DNA from: an uncultured delta proteobacterium | GTDB lineage: Bacteria > Desulfobacterota > Binatia > UBA9968 | Length of the DNA stretch: 64,000 nucleotides | NCBI GenBank assembly: GCA_963745035.1 | Contig: CAVUVW010000025.1 | Coordinates: 131,646-195,645 of the forward strand | Reading direction: 5' to 3' | Position numbers and translations under genes: made by a program | In this document: piece by piece, positions 20,791-30,901 of the stretch | Layout of the letters: each line of letters starts with the position of its first letter | Position numbering within the stretch: position 1 is the stretch's first letter | The notes under the pieces: model-generated | Databases searched by the model: none | Seen by the model: only the letters and a program-made list of their open reading frames with translations | What the model was told of the DNA's origin: nothing

Positions 20791-22485
20791 CTAGGACGAC
20801 TTATTGAGACTCGAGCGGGCGATCTGGCGCGAGAGCAGGATGAGCGGCAGCAAAGCGATGCCCACCATCACCAGCGACGGCACGGCGGCTTCGGCAATGC
20901 GCTCGTCTTTGGCGAGATTATAGGCTTCGACCGCCAAGGTATCGAAGTTGAACGGCCGCATAGCGAAGGTGGCGGGCAGTTCTTTCATGACGTCGACGAA
21001 CACGAGCAGCGCCGCGGTGGCGAGACTGCCCCACACGATCGGCACGTGCACGCGCGCCAGGGTGCGCGCCGGCGAGAGGCCGAGGCTGCGCGCGGCGTCG
21101 TCCATCGACAGCGTCACCCGCGTGAGCCCGGCCTCGACGGTTTGAAACGCGACGGCGAGAAAGCGCACGACGTAGGCGTAGACCAGCGCGGTCATCGAAC
21201 CGGTGAGCAGCAGGCCGGTCTTGATACCGAATTGCTCTTGCGTCCAGGCGGCGAGGAGATTATCGAATTTTCCCAGTGGTAAGAGAATGCCGACGGCGAT
21301 GACCGCGCCGGGGAGAGCATAGCCGAGCACGGCGAGCCGGTTGGCGCCGTGGACCAGCGGATGCTTGACGGTCCGCGCGGCATAGGCGAGCAGCAAGGCC
21401 ACGATCACGGCGGCCAGGGCGGCGACTCCGGCCAAGGTGAAGGTGTTCATTACCAATCCGTAGATCCGCGCGCTGAAGCGCGCGAGAGGGTCGGCGGCGG
21501 CAAGCTTGATCAGGACCGCGGCGGGCACGAGAAACCCGAAGGTGACGGGGACAGCGCAGGTGATCCAAGCGGCCGCGGCGGCGCCGCCGCGCAGCGGTTG
21601 AGGCGGCATCGGCGTGCGCTTGGCTGCATAGCGGGCACCGCCCCGATGCCGCCGCTCCAAAGAAAGCATCAGAAGGACGAATACCAAAAGGCAGGTGGCG
21701 AGTTGACCCGCCGCAACCGGGTCGCCGAGCGACAACCAGGCGCGATAGATGCCGGCGGTGAACGTATTTACGGCGAAGTAGGACACCGTGCCGAAGTCGG
21801 CGAGCGCCTCCATGAGCGCCAAGGCGGTGCCGGCGACGATGCCGGTGCGCGCCAGCGGCAGTGCCACTCGCCAGAATCTGCCCCAGGCACCGTAGCCGGC
21901 GAGCCGCGCCGCTTCCATGGTCGTGCGCGACTGTTCGAGAAAGGCGTTACGCGCCAGTAGATAGACGTAGGGGTAAAGCGCGAACGACAACATAGCCGCA
22001 GCGCCGGGCAGGGAGCGGATCTCCGGAAACCAATACTCGCGCACTTTCCAGCCGGTGAGATCGCGCAGCAGTGCCTGCACCGGTCCGGCCGCCTGCAGCC
22101 AGTCTGTATAAGCGTAAGCCATGACGTAGGCCGGCATCGCCAGCGGCAGGAGCAGCGCCCACTCAAGAAACCGTTGGCCGGGAAAGCGATAGGCGGTGAC
22201 TAGCCAGGCCGCGCTCACTCCAAAAAAGATCACCCCCACCGCCACCAGAGAAATCAACAGCAGTGTGTTCCAGATGTACTCGGGTAGAACGGTGGATAGA
22301 AGATGGGGCCAGGTGGCTTCGCTCGGTAGAAAGACGTTGAACACGACCGCGGCGATGGGCGCGAGCACGAGTACTGCGGTGAGCACCGACACCCGACCCA
22401 GCCAGCCGAGCCGGGCGACGGTGAGACCGTTGGAGATCCGGTCAAGGACAGCGACGGCGCCGGTCATCGTTCGCGGTGAGTCCAA
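20791..22485 (-). CDS. Fe3+ ABC transporter permease (FbpB/FutB-like)
   Basis: Two permease modules; LPLAMPAY, ADFGTV, KELPAT..RPFNFDTLA. Confidence 0.9.
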   Translation of the reverse strand: MDSPRTMTGAVAVLDRISNGLTVARLGWLGRVSVLTAVLVLAPIAAVVFNVFLPSEATWPHLLSTVLPEYIWNTLLLISLVAVGVIFFGVSAAWLVTAYRFPGQRFLEWALLLPLAMPAYVMAYAYTDWLQAAGPVQALLRDLTGWKVREYWFPEIRSLPGAAAMLSFALYPYVYLLARNAFLEQSRTTMEAARLAGYGAWGRFWRVALPLARTGIVAGTALALMEALADFGTVSYFAVNTFTAGIYRAWLSLGDPVAAGQLATCLLVFVLLMLSLERRHRGGARYAAKRTPMPPQPLRGGAAAAAWITCAVPVTFGFLVPAAVLIKLAAADPLARFSARIYGLVMNTFTLAGVAALAAVIVALLLAYAARTVKHPLVHGANRLAVLGYALPGAVIAVGILLPLGKFDNLLAAWTQEQFGIKTGLLLTGSMTALVYAYVVRFLAVAFQTVEAGLTRVTLSMDDAARSLGLSPARTLARVHVPIVWGSLATAALLVFVDVMKELPATFAMRPFNFDTLAVEAYNLAKDERIAEAAVPSLVMVGIALLPLILLSRQIARSSLNKSS

Positions 22486-22506
22486 GCCGGCATGGATATG
22501 CCTTGG

Positions 22507-23562
22507 CTATTTCCAGCCGACTTTGTCGGCGATGCGCTGAGCGGCGGCTTGGGATTTGCCGAGGTTCGCCAGCGGCAGCGAATCGGTTTTGAATTGACCT
22601 AGCGATTCGAGAGCCGGGTTATTCAGCTTGGCGCCTTTGACGATTGGCCACTCGTTGTTCCCGTTGGCGAACAGGGTCTGCGCCGAGTCGCTCGCCAGGT
22701 ATTCGAGGAATTTGACCCCGGCGTCCCGATTCGGCGCACTCTGCAGCAGGCCGCCGCCGGAGATATTGATGTGGGTGCCGCGGTCCGCCTGGTTGGGCCA
22801 AATGATGCCCACTTTTTCGACCAGGGCCCGCTCTTCTGGTTTCTCCGAGCGCATCATACGGAGATAATAGTAATGATTGGAGATCGCGATGGAGCACTCG
22901 CCGACCTCAACCCCTTTGAGTTGGTCGGTATCGCCTCCCCGCGGCGGCCGGGCGAGATTCGCCGTGACGCCACGCGCCCAGTCCGTGGCTTTCTCTTCGC
23001 CAAGATGGCTGATCAGGCTGGATATCAGCGAAAGATTATAAGGATGGCTGCTGGGACGAACGCAAATCTGACCTTTCCACTTGGCGTTGGCCAGATCCTC
23101 GTAACGCGCCAGTTCGGCCGGCTTGATTTTGCTTTTGTCGTAAGCGATCACACGCGCGCGCGCGGAGAAGCCGAACCACTTGTTGTCGGCGCCGCGCGAC
23201 GCGGCCGGTATGCGCTTGTCGATCGTCTCTGATTTCAGCGGCGCGAAGATGCCGGCTTGCTCGGCGCGCCAGAGGCGGGCGGCGTCCACGGTCAAAAAGA
23301 CGTCCGCCGGGCTATTGGCACCTTCCGCTTTGATGCGCTCGAAAAGCGCGTCCTCGCCGCCTTCGATACGGTTGATCTTGATGCCGGTCGCTTTGGTATA
23401 GCCGGTGTAAAACGCCTCGTCGGTCGAGTAGTGCCGCGCGGTATAAAGGTTGAGCACTTTTTCTTGGGCGGCCGATTCACCGGCAAAGAAGGCGGCGAAG
23501 ACGAACATTGCGGCGAACAAAGTCTTCGCGCGCGCTTGACCCGGTTCCGTTAAAAATTGCAT
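22507..23562 (-). CDS. Fe3+ ABC substrate-binding protein (FutA/FbpA-like)
   Basis: YTARHY, SPADVFLTVDA, GGDTDQ, NHYYY; AGGAGG RBS. Confidence 0.9.
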   Translation of the reverse strand: MQFLTEPGQARAKTLFAAMFVFAAFFAGESAAQEKVLNLYTARHYSTDEAFYTGYTKATGIKINRIEGGEDALFERIKAEGANSPADVFLTVDAARLWRAEQAGIFAPLKSETIDKRIPAASRGADNKWFGFSARARVIAYDKSKIKPAELARYEDLANAKWKGQICVRPSSHPYNLSLISSLISHLGEEKATDWARGVTANLARPPRGGDTDQLKGVEVGECSIAISNHYYYLRMMRSEKPEERALVEKVGIIWPNQADRGTHINISGGGLLQSAPNRDAGVKFLEYLASDSAQTLFANGNNEWPIVKGAKLNNPALESLGQFKTDSLPLANLGKSQAAAQRIADKVGWK

Positions 23563-23667
23563 TGCTAGATCCTCCTGAGCCAATGCTCCGAAAAATGTTT
23601 AGGAGCGGACAATATCAATTGTAAGACGATGGCACTGGTTCACTTTTGTATCACCCAAAACTCGATA

Positions 23668-23698
23668 TTCGAATAGTGAAATAATATATCTTTGTCAA
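23668..23698 (-). promoter_or_regulatory. Promoter motif TTGACAAA-N15-TATTCGAA
   Basis: Third exactly spaced copy. Confidence 0.7.
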
Positions 23699-23918
23699 GA
23701 CCGACCAAAGTTCTGCTAACGTGCGTTCCGCCAAGGTCGTACCGTGCCAATAGCTGCCACAGAGCGATGTGATCTCATCTCCAGGACCGCTGCCTGCGGC
23801 GAAGTTTCTCATTAATATGAAATGAATAGAGGTGAGCCGACGGCTTGAGGAGAATCGTCGCTAAGGCGAACTGACGCTCGGCGCCACGGACGCTATCCCT
23901 TGCGCGTAATTACCTTGC

Positions 23919-24971
23919 TTAGTTGCCGTTCTCAGTGGACGGGACAGGGAAGACGACGACGTTGGGCAGATGGACTTCTACGGGGACTTGGTGCCCCACC
24001 GGCCAGTGAACGGGCCGGCGCTGCTCCAAATGGACGGTCGATCCGGAAGGAAGACGCAGCCGGTAAAGAATCTCACCGCCGAGAAACTCACGCTCCTCCA
24101 CGGTGGCCAGGATGCCGCCAGCTTTGGTATTCACCGACTCGTGCCGAATCATCACTTTCACAGGTCCGGCGGGGAAATCAGGCGGCGAAGGAAAAACGCC
24201 TATCTCGGTACGGACCTCGCTCCCCAAAATCACTCCCGGAATGAAATCCGCATGGCCGACAAAGTTGGCGACGAAGGGCGTGGTCGGTGAATAGTAAATG
24301 TCCTCCGGCGTGCCGACTTGCTGGACTTCACCGTTTCGGATCACGGCGACCTGGTCGGCCATCCCGAGGGCTTCTTCCTGGTCGTGGGTGACAAGCACCG
24401 CTGCCGTACCCAAATGGCGCAAGATTCGCGCGACTTCCCGGCGCATCTGCGGCCGCAGATCGGGATCCAAACCGTTAAAGGGCTCATCCAGAAGAACCAC
24501 ACCGGGGCGCGGGGCGAGCGCCCGCGCCAAAGCGACGCGCTGCTGTTGACCACCGGACAACTCGTGCGGATAGCGCTCGCCGTAGGGAAACAGCTCAGTC
24601 AACCGCAGCAGCTCTTCGACCCGACTTTGACGAGCGCTTTTACTGCCGTTGCGCAGGCCGAAGCGCACGTTTTGCGCCACGGTCAAGTGCGGGAAGAGGG
24701 CGTAGTCTTGGAAAACCATGCCGACGCCGCGTTCTTCAGCGGGCACCCAAACGGCGGCGGCGACGTCGACCATTGCGCGGTCGTTAATAACGACTCGTCC
24801 CTCGTCCGGACGCTCGAATCCGGCAATCAGCCTGAGCAGCGTCGTCTTGCCCGAACCGGACGGGCCCAGGAGAGCGAGGATTTCGCCAGAGGCAACCTGC
24901 AAGTCGCAATTTTTTACCGCGACGGTTTGGTCGTAACGCTTGCTGACGCGATGGACTTCGATGACCGCCAT
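23919..24971 (-). CDS. Fe3+ ABC ATP-binding protein (FbpC-like)
   Basis: GPSGSGKT, FQDYALFPH, LSGGQQQR; TOBE-like C-terminus. Confidence 0.88.
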   Translation of the reverse strand: MAVIEVHRVSKRYDQTVAVKNCDLQVASGEILALLGPSGSGKTTLLRLIAGFERPDEGRVVINDRAMVDVAAAVWVPAEERGVGMVFQDYALFPHLTVAQNVRFGLRNGSKSARQSRVEELLRLTELFPYGERYPHELSGGQQQRVALARALAPRPGVVLLDEPFNGLDPDLRPQMRREVARILRHLGTAAVLVTHDQEEALGMADQVAVIRNGEVQQVGTPEDIYYSPTTPFVANFVGHADFIPGVILGSEVRTEIGVFPSPPDFPAGPVKVMIRHESVNTKAGGILATVEEREFLGGEILYRLRLPSGSTVHLEQRRPVHWPVGHQVPVEVHLPNVVVFPVPSTENGN

Positions 24972-25071
24972 GGGTGCCCCGTCCGGGATAAATACCTGAA
25001 ACAGGTGGACAGTTCCAGATGACCGTTCGCGCTTCGCTCCCCTTTCGCACGGTGAAGAAGAAATCCGCGTG

Positions 25072-25115
25072 TTCGCCCAGGCTAACTTGAACTTCACATA
25101 TTCCTGCAATAACAT
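25072..25115 (+). promoter_or_regulatory. Sigma70 promoter of the regulator gene with adjacent DtxR-like box
   Basis: TTCGC-CCAG-GCTAA abutting TTGAAC-N17-TAACAT. Confidence 0.55.
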
Positions 25116-25187
25116 GCCGTCGTTGTTCGAAGAGGATTCGACAGCAAAAACCCAAGCCGCGTTTTTCGCTGAGGAATTGTCACGCTA

Positions 25188-25853
25188 ATGGAACCGCATA
25201 AAGTAACGCACGCGCTGGAGGATTATCTGAAGGCGATCTACCAGCTTTCAGAGGAAGCGCGTCCGGTGATCGCCGCGCGGATCGCCGCGGAGACAGGCGT
25301 GTCCGCGTCGACGATTTTCGCCACTTTGCGCCGTCTGGCCAAAGAAGGCTATGTGACCATCAACCGACGCAAGGAAATTCACTTGACCAACGACGGCAAA
25401 CGGGTCGCGGAGAACATTGTCCGGCGCCATTTTCTGACCGAGCGGTTTCTTACCGACTTGCTGGGGCTCGATTGGGTCAAGGCGCACCAGGAAGCGCATC
25501 GCCTCGAACATGCGATCTCTCAAGAAGTGGAGGAGCGCCTGGCAAAATTGCTCAGCCACCCGACCACCTGTCCGCACGGCAATCCGATCCCCGGAGCAAG
25601 CAAGACCCCGGCTCCGAAGACCATGCCGCTCAATGAAGCCGTCGATGGACAGCATGTCGAGCTCGATTATATTACCGAGGGAGGAGAGCGAGATGTGCGG
25701 CTCTTAAGCTATCTGCAGGATCATGGACTGCGGCCGGGCGCGAAAGTTCATGTAGTCGATGTTGCGCCCTCACTCGGCATGATGACCTTGAAGGTAGACG
25801 GCGATCAGTTTTCGTTGGGGATTGAGGCGGCCAAGAAAATCCGCGTCCATTGA
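25188..25853 (+). CDS. DtxR/MntR-family metal-dependent regulator with FeoA domain
   Basis: EDYLKAIY, RRH.LTE.FL, HQEAHRLEH, CPHGNPIP. Confidence 0.92.
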   Translation: MEPHKVTHALEDYLKAIYQLSEEARPVIAARIAAETGVSASTIFATLRRLAKEGYVTINRRKEIHLTNDGKRVAENIVRRHFLTERFLTDLLGLDWVKAHQEAHRLEHAISQEVEERLAKLLSHPTTCPHGNPIPGASKTPAPKTMPLNEAVDGQHVELDYITEGGERDVRLLSYLQDHGLRPGAKVHVVDVAPSLGMMTLKVDGDQFSLGIEAAKKIRVH

Positions 25854-25876
25854 ACGCGAACCTTGGCGTTAATTTT

Positions 25877-26155
25877 TTAAGAATCGTCCGGAATAACTTG
25901 CGCCGCTTGCGAGACCGACTCTGCGCCGGTTTCCCGTTCGGCCAATTCACCGGTGAGAAATTCGATTTGATCGCCGATGCGCGCGTCGCGGTCGATCAAG
26001 ATCACGTCCTGCCCTTTGAACCGGCAGCTGCCACTCCTGGCGCGATACCCCGACTCGCGCAGAAGCTTCTCGGTGCGCACCTGGATATTGCGCCGCCGGG
26101 CGCTGAGAATGAGGTCCTGCAGACGGGCTTCCTGTTTGTTTTTTGGCGGGGCCAT
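25877..26155 (-). CDS. Small hypothetical protein
   Basis: 92 aa; IQVRTEK...SGSCRFKG..VILIDR. Confidence 0.6.
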   Translation of the reverse strand: MAPPKNKQEARLQDLILSARRRNIQVRTEKLLRESGYRARSGSCRFKGQDVILIDRDARIGDQIEFLTGELAERETGAESVSQAAQVIPDDS

Positions 26156-26322
26156 CGATGGATAAATCGCTCAGCGGATTATCTACAAATTCTCCTCTTT
26201 TGTAAACTGTCTCGAGGGTTTTTCCTTGCAAAAAGGACGTTCCCTGTTATCGTACACGCGCGGAGTCGTCCGTTTATTGAGCGGGATCGTGTCGTCACTC
26301 GGTCGCCTAATCGGAGGTAGAT

Positions 26323-27159
26323 ATGTTTAAGAACGTCCTGGTGCCGGTGGACGGTTCGGAACATTCGCAGGCGGCGGTCGACTACGCGCTTTGGATCACG
26401 CAAAAATTCGACGGCACGCTGTTCGGCCAGCATATTGTCGACACCATCTCCCTCGAAGGGACGTTTTTTCACGACATCTCCGGTTCTCTCGGGTTCGAGC
26501 CTTATCTGGATTTCTCCAGCAAGATGCGCGAAATCCTCGACGAGCGCGGCAAGACCATCCTCGACGACTTCGCCGCCCGCTGCGAGAAGCAAAAAGTTCG
26601 CTACACGACTTTTCTCGACATGGGTCTGATCGCCAACGAAATCTGCGAGCGCGCCAAGGTCGCCGATCTGGTGGTGATCGGCCACCGCGGCGTCAACGAG
26701 GAATTCTCGACCGGCCTGCTCGGCACGACCGCGGAAACCATCACCCGAAAATGCCCGCGGCCGATTTTCGTTTCGACCAAGCAATTCACCTCCATTGAAA
26801 ACCCGCTGCTGGCTTACGACGGCAGCCAGCGCGCCAGCTCGGCGATGGAGTCGGCCGCCGAATTCTGCGCGAGACTCGGTCTGCCGCTCACCGTGCTCAC
26901 GGTCGCCAAGGACGACGCCATCGCGCGCAATAATCTCCAGCAGGCACGCTCGTATCTGTCCAGTTACGCGATCGAAACCAGTTATGAAAGCGTGCAGGGC
27001 TATCCGGAGCAAAAAATCATTGAGCATCTCGTAAACCACCGTCATGACCTGCTTTTCATCGGCGCCTACGGTCACCGGCGGATCATCGAAATGGTTCTCG
27101 GCAGCACGACCGAGTACGTGCTGCGCAACGCTCCGTGCCCGGTGTTTCTCAATCGATAA
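26323..27159 (+). CDS. Tandem-domain universal stress protein
   Basis: VPVDGSEHS, DLVVIG, AYDGS, GAYGH..LGSTT. Confidence 0.92.
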   Translation: MFKNVLVPVDGSEHSQAAVDYALWITQKFDGTLFGQHIVDTISLEGTFFHDISGSLGFEPYLDFSSKMREILDERGKTILDDFAARCEKQKVRYTTFLDMGLIANEICERAKVADLVVIGHRGVNEEFSTGLLGTTAETITRKCPRPIFVSTKQFTSIENPLLAYDGSQRASSAMESAAEFCARLGLPLTVLTVAKDDAIARNNLQQARSYLSSYAIETSYESVQGYPEQKIIEHLVNHRHDLLFIGAYGHRRIIEMVLGSTTEYVLRNAPCPVFLNR

Positions 27160-27177
27160 TTCAAGGTTCCAAACACC

Positions 27178-27984
27178 GTGAAATTTCTTGCTGCCGCCGT
27201 TCAGATGGTCGCCTCCGATGACAAGGCGGCCAATCTGAAAGAAGCCGAGCGCTGGGTGCGCCGAGCCGCAGGCCAAGGAGCCAGCCTCGTTGCGCTGCCG
27301 GAAGTTTTCATCTGGCGCGGCGGCAAAAAGTCGGAGAGGGAAAACGCCGAAGCGATTGCCGGCCCGACGTCGGACGCCATGGCGGCGCTCGCCGCCGAGT
27401 TAAAAATCTATCTCCTCGCCGGATCGATTCTTGAAGCGATTCCCGGGAGCGAAAAGTCTTTCAACACGAGCCTACTCTTCGATCGGTCCGGCAAGATCGT
27501 CGCCGCCTACCGGAAGATCCATCTTTTCGATGTCGATCTCGCCAACGGCTTGTCGCTGCGCGAATCCGCCACGCGCGCCCATGGCGAAGCCGTCGCCGTG
27601 GCGCGAAGCGAGCTTTGCGCGATGGGGCTGAGCGTCTGCTACGATCTCCGTTTTCCCGAGCTTTATCGCGACTTGGCGAGAGAAGGAGCGGAGCTTATTT
27701 TCGTGCCCGCGGCGTTCACCGCGTTTACCGGAGCGGCACATTGGCGCCCATTGCTGCGCGCCCGCGCGATCGAAAATCAAGTTTATGTCGTCGCGCCGGC
27801 CCAGTTTGGTCAGAGCCGCGCCAGCTTCGAAACCCACGGCCACACGATGATCGTCGATCCGTGGGGAAAAATTCTCGCTGAGCTGGCCGACGGTGCCGGG
27901 ATCGTCACTGCCGAAATTGATTTGGATTACCTGGAGAAAGTGCGCGCCGAGCTGCCGGCGTTGAAGCATCGAAGGCTGATTTGA
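27178..27984 (+). CDS. Carbon-nitrogen hydrolase (Nit1/deaminated glutathione amidase-like)
   Basis: LPE, YRKIHLFD, CYDLRFPE, RARAIENQ. Confidence 0.9.
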   Translation: MKFLAAAVQMVASDDKAANLKEAERWVRRAAGQGASLVALPEVFIWRGGKKSERENAEAIAGPTSDAMAALAAELKIYLLAGSILEAIPGSEKSFNTSLLFDRSGKIVAAYRKIHLFDVDLANGLSLRESATRAHGEAVAVARSELCAMGLSVCYDLRFPELYRDLAREGAELIFVPAAFTAFTGAAHWRPLLRARAIENQVYVVAPAQFGQSRASFETHGHTMIVDPWGKILAELADGAGIVTAEIDLDYLEKVRAELPALKHRRLI

Positions 27985-28071
27985 CCTGCAATTCAAGCGC
28001 CTCGGTCGGAATTTGCAACCGGCCGAGTGCTGCCTCGCAATCGGTAAGGTGCCCTGCTCTCGAAGCGGCGA

Positions 28072-28599
28072 CTAAGGATCGTGATAATTAGTCTCGTTGT
28101 GCTGGATCGTGTTTACGAAAAATAGCGCGAGCGGCCGTCCGGCGATCTTCGCCAAATTGAGCAGGCGAGCGACCGCTTCGCTTCTAGGAAAAACCGTTCG
28201 ATAGCCCAAGCTCTCGTAGGCGCTTTTCTCGGGCAGGTTTCGCGCGTAGATGATCGCCGCGTGATCGCCGATCAGATTCGCGGCTAAACTTCGCGCCAGC
28301 GGCAGGCCCTGGCCCGCATTGTTGCCGAAAAGCACGTAATCGACCGCGCCGTCCAGCTCGGCCAAACCCCGCGCAATTGCCGGCCAGGAAACTTCATCCC
28401 AATTTCTCATCTCGAACTTGGCTTGCTCAGCCGTCAATACGGCGGGATATCCGTCCGCGACTTGAAAGATTCCGTTGCTCTGGATGAAGCGCGTCCAGGG
28501 AAGCGGAGGCGTCGTGACGAATTCTCCCACCGTCACCTCGTTATCCAAGATTAATGCACGGAACCGGCCGTTGCCGAAGCGTCGCAGCTCGTCTTTCAT
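28072..28599 (-). CDS. Hypothetical protein
   Basis: 175-aa ORF with protein-like composition filling the gap. Confidence 0.6.
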   Translation of the reverse strand: MKDELRRFGNGRFRALILDNEVTVGEFVTTPPLPWTRFIQSNGIFQVADGYPAVLTAEQAKFEMRNWDEVSWPAIARGLAELDGAVDYVLFGNNAGQGLPLARSLAANLIGDHAAIIYARNLPEKSAYESLGYRTVFPRSEAVARLLNLAKIAGRPLALFFVNTIQHNETNYHDP

Positions 28600-28735
28600 A
28601 GTTCGACTTTATCACGCTGGCGCACCTCGAGAATAGCGGCGCCAACTTGGAAATCCATTGCCGGTTCGGCTCCTTCCTGCCATCATATAATTCGACGGGA
28701 AACTTCGTTAACAGGTCGCCGATAGGAGAACAGCC

Positions 28736-30052
28736 ATGACGAATGGATCACTTGAGAACAATCGCGTGGGAATACTCGTCGGCGGAGGTCCCGCCCCCGG
28801 CATCAACGGCACCATCGGCGCGGTGACCCTCGAGGCAGGGAATCGCGGTCATGAGGTTGTCGGTATTTACGACGGCTTCGCGCATTTGATGGAAGGTCGA
28901 GCCGATCGGATCAACATCCTTCAGCGCGACGATGTTTCGCGCATTCATTTCCAAGGCGGATCGATTCTCGCCACGTCGCGCGCCAATCCTACTAAGAATC
29001 CCGAGCATCTGAAAAACGTGCTCCGGAGTCTTAAAGCTTTGGGCATTCGCTATCTGGTTACGATAGGCGGCGACGATACCATGTATGCCGCCAGCCAGGT
29101 GAGCGCCGCTTCCTCCGGGCAGATTCGCGTATGTCATGTGCCCAAGACGATCGACAATGATCTGCCGCTGCCGGGTGAAACGCCGACTTTCGGCTTCGAG
29201 ACGGCGCGTCAGGTCGGTTTCGAAATCGTGCGTAATCTGATGGAAGATTCGCGCACGACGGGGCGATGGTACTTCGTCGTGGTGATGGGGCGAACCGCGG
29301 GACACCTGACGCTCGGCGTCGGCAAATCCGCGGGCGCGACCTTGGCCGTAATACCGGAAGAGTTTCCCGGCCCCGCGCATCTGGAAACCATCGGTGACAT
29401 CTTGGAAGGAGCGATCCTCAAGCGCCGCGCGCTTTGGGAGCGCAACGACGGCGTCGCATTGATCGCCGAAGGTCTGCTTGAACGCATGCCCGTCGAGGAA
29501 TTGACCGCCATCGAGGGCGTGCAAATTCAACACGACAGCTACGGTCACCTGCGATTGGCCGAGCTCGACCTCGCCTACATTTTGAAGAATTTGGTGGAAC
29601 GCCGCTTCACCGCACGCGGCGAGAGCTTTACTATCGTGCACAAGACGGTGGGCTATGAACTGCGCTGCGCGCCACCGGTCGCGTTCGACTGCGATTACGT
29701 CAAAAATCTCGGCTACGGCGCCGTGGAGTTTTTGCTCAACCCGAACGAACAGAGCGCGAAAATCGATGGCGCTCTCGTGTGTATCGTCAACGCCGAGTTG
29801 CAATATTTGAAATTCACCGACCTGTTGGATCCTAAAACCAAGAAGACCTCGGTGCGCACCGTCGATCTCGCCAAGCCTTCGTACAAAGTCGCGCGCGAAT
29901 ATATGATCCGATTGGAAAAAGAAGATTTTGCGACACCCGCGCTGCTGGAAAAATTAGCGCGCGCGGCTTCGAACCCGGAGAAGCCGATTTCCGCGGACCA
30001 ATTCAAAAAGCAGTTCGAGCCGGTGGTAAGCCAGCTCCGCGGCGGATTATAA
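28736..30052 (+). CDS. pfp: Pyrophosphate-dependent phosphofructokinase
   Basis: GGGPAPG, GGDD and PKTIDND (PPi-type residues), MGR, GYELRCA. Confidence 0.9.
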   Translation: MTNGSLENNRVGILVGGGPAPGINGTIGAVTLEAGNRGHEVVGIYDGFAHLMEGRADRINILQRDDVSRIHFQGGSILATSRANPTKNPEHLKNVLRSLKALGIRYLVTIGGDDTMYAASQVSAASSGQIRVCHVPKTIDNDLPLPGETPTFGFETARQVGFEIVRNLMEDSRTTGRWYFVVVMGRTAGHLTLGVGKSAGATLAVIPEEFPGPAHLETIGDILEGAILKRRALWERNDGVALIAEGLLERMPVEELTAIEGVQIQHDSYGHLRLAELDLAYILKNLVERRFTARGESFTIVHKTVGYELRCAPPVAFDCDYVKNLGYGAVEFLLNPNEQSAKIDGALVCIVNAELQYLKFTDLLDPKTKKTSVRTVDLAKPSYKVAREYMIRLEKEDFATPALLEKLARAASNPEKPISADQFKKQFEPVVSQLRGGL

Positions 30053-30120
30053 GCGCGCGCAATCGCGCCAGGTTGGGCCGGTGCGTTTCTTGATAGGAGA
30101 CGTGACCCACGATCCGCGCT

Positions 30121-30891
30121 TCAAATCCCGAAGAGAGTCTCGACGTTCGCGCTCGTGCTTCGCGCCACGTCATCGACGGGCACATTTTTCACGGCAGCGA
30201 TGGTCTCGGCAACAAAGCGGACGTAGGCCGGCTCGTTGCGCCGGCCGCGATGCGGCACCGGCGTGAGATAGGGCGAATCTGTTTCGACGAGCATGCGATC
30301 GAGCGGCGCTTTACGAACCACTTCCCGCAGTGCCGCGGCGTTTTTGAACGTGATGATGCCGGTAAAGGAAATGTAAAAACCCAGGTCCAGGTAGGCGCAA
30401 GCGGCTTCATAGCTGCCGGTGAAACAGTGGATCACGCCGCGCAGCTTGCCAGCGCCTTCGTCGCGCAGCAACTCGGCGGCCTCGCGCGCGGCGTCGCGTT
30501 CATGAACGACGAGCGGCAGAGCGGTCTCGAGCGCCATGTGAATGAATTGCGCGAACACTCGGCGCTGCACGTCACGGGCGGAGTGATTGTAGTAGTAGTC
30601 GAGCCCGGATTCCCCCACGGCGACCACTTTCGCGTGCGCCGCCAGGTTTTTAAGTGTGTCCAACTCGTCGGCGCCGACGTCTTTGGCATCGTGCGGATGC
30701 ATGCCTACCGTGGCGAAGACTGCGGGAAATGAATCCGCCAACGCCACCGCCTCGGTGTTGCTCGACATATCCCCGGCGCCGCCGACGGCGATGATCTTTT
30801 TCACTCCGGCGGCGCGCGCGCGTTCGATGACCGCCGCAGCCTCGCCGGCGTACTCCTTGCCTTGGATGTGCGCGTGGCTGTCGATCAGCAT
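30121..30891 (-). CDS. tatD: TatD family DNase
   Basis: DSHAH, GMHPH, GESGLDY, HCF, ETDSPY. Confidence 0.92.
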   Translation of the reverse strand: MLIDSHAHIQGKEYAGEAAAVIERARAAGVKKIIAVGGAGDMSSNTEAVALADSFPAVFATVGMHPHDAKDVGADELDTLKNLAAHAKVVAVGESGLDYYYNHSARDVQRRVFAQFIHMALETALPLVVHERDAAREAAELLRDEGAGKLRGVIHCFTGSYEAACAYLDLGFYISFTGIITFKNAAALREVVRKAPLDRMLVETDSPYLTPVPHRGRRNEPAYVRFVAETIAAVKNVPVDDVARSTSANVETLFGI

Positions 30892-30901
30892 GCGGGCGCC
30901 C

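Noticed and set aside
23733-23750. Sigma54 promoter upstream of the Fe3+-binding protein gene
   Set aside because: TGGCAC is present but the -12 position reads GACC, not TTGC.
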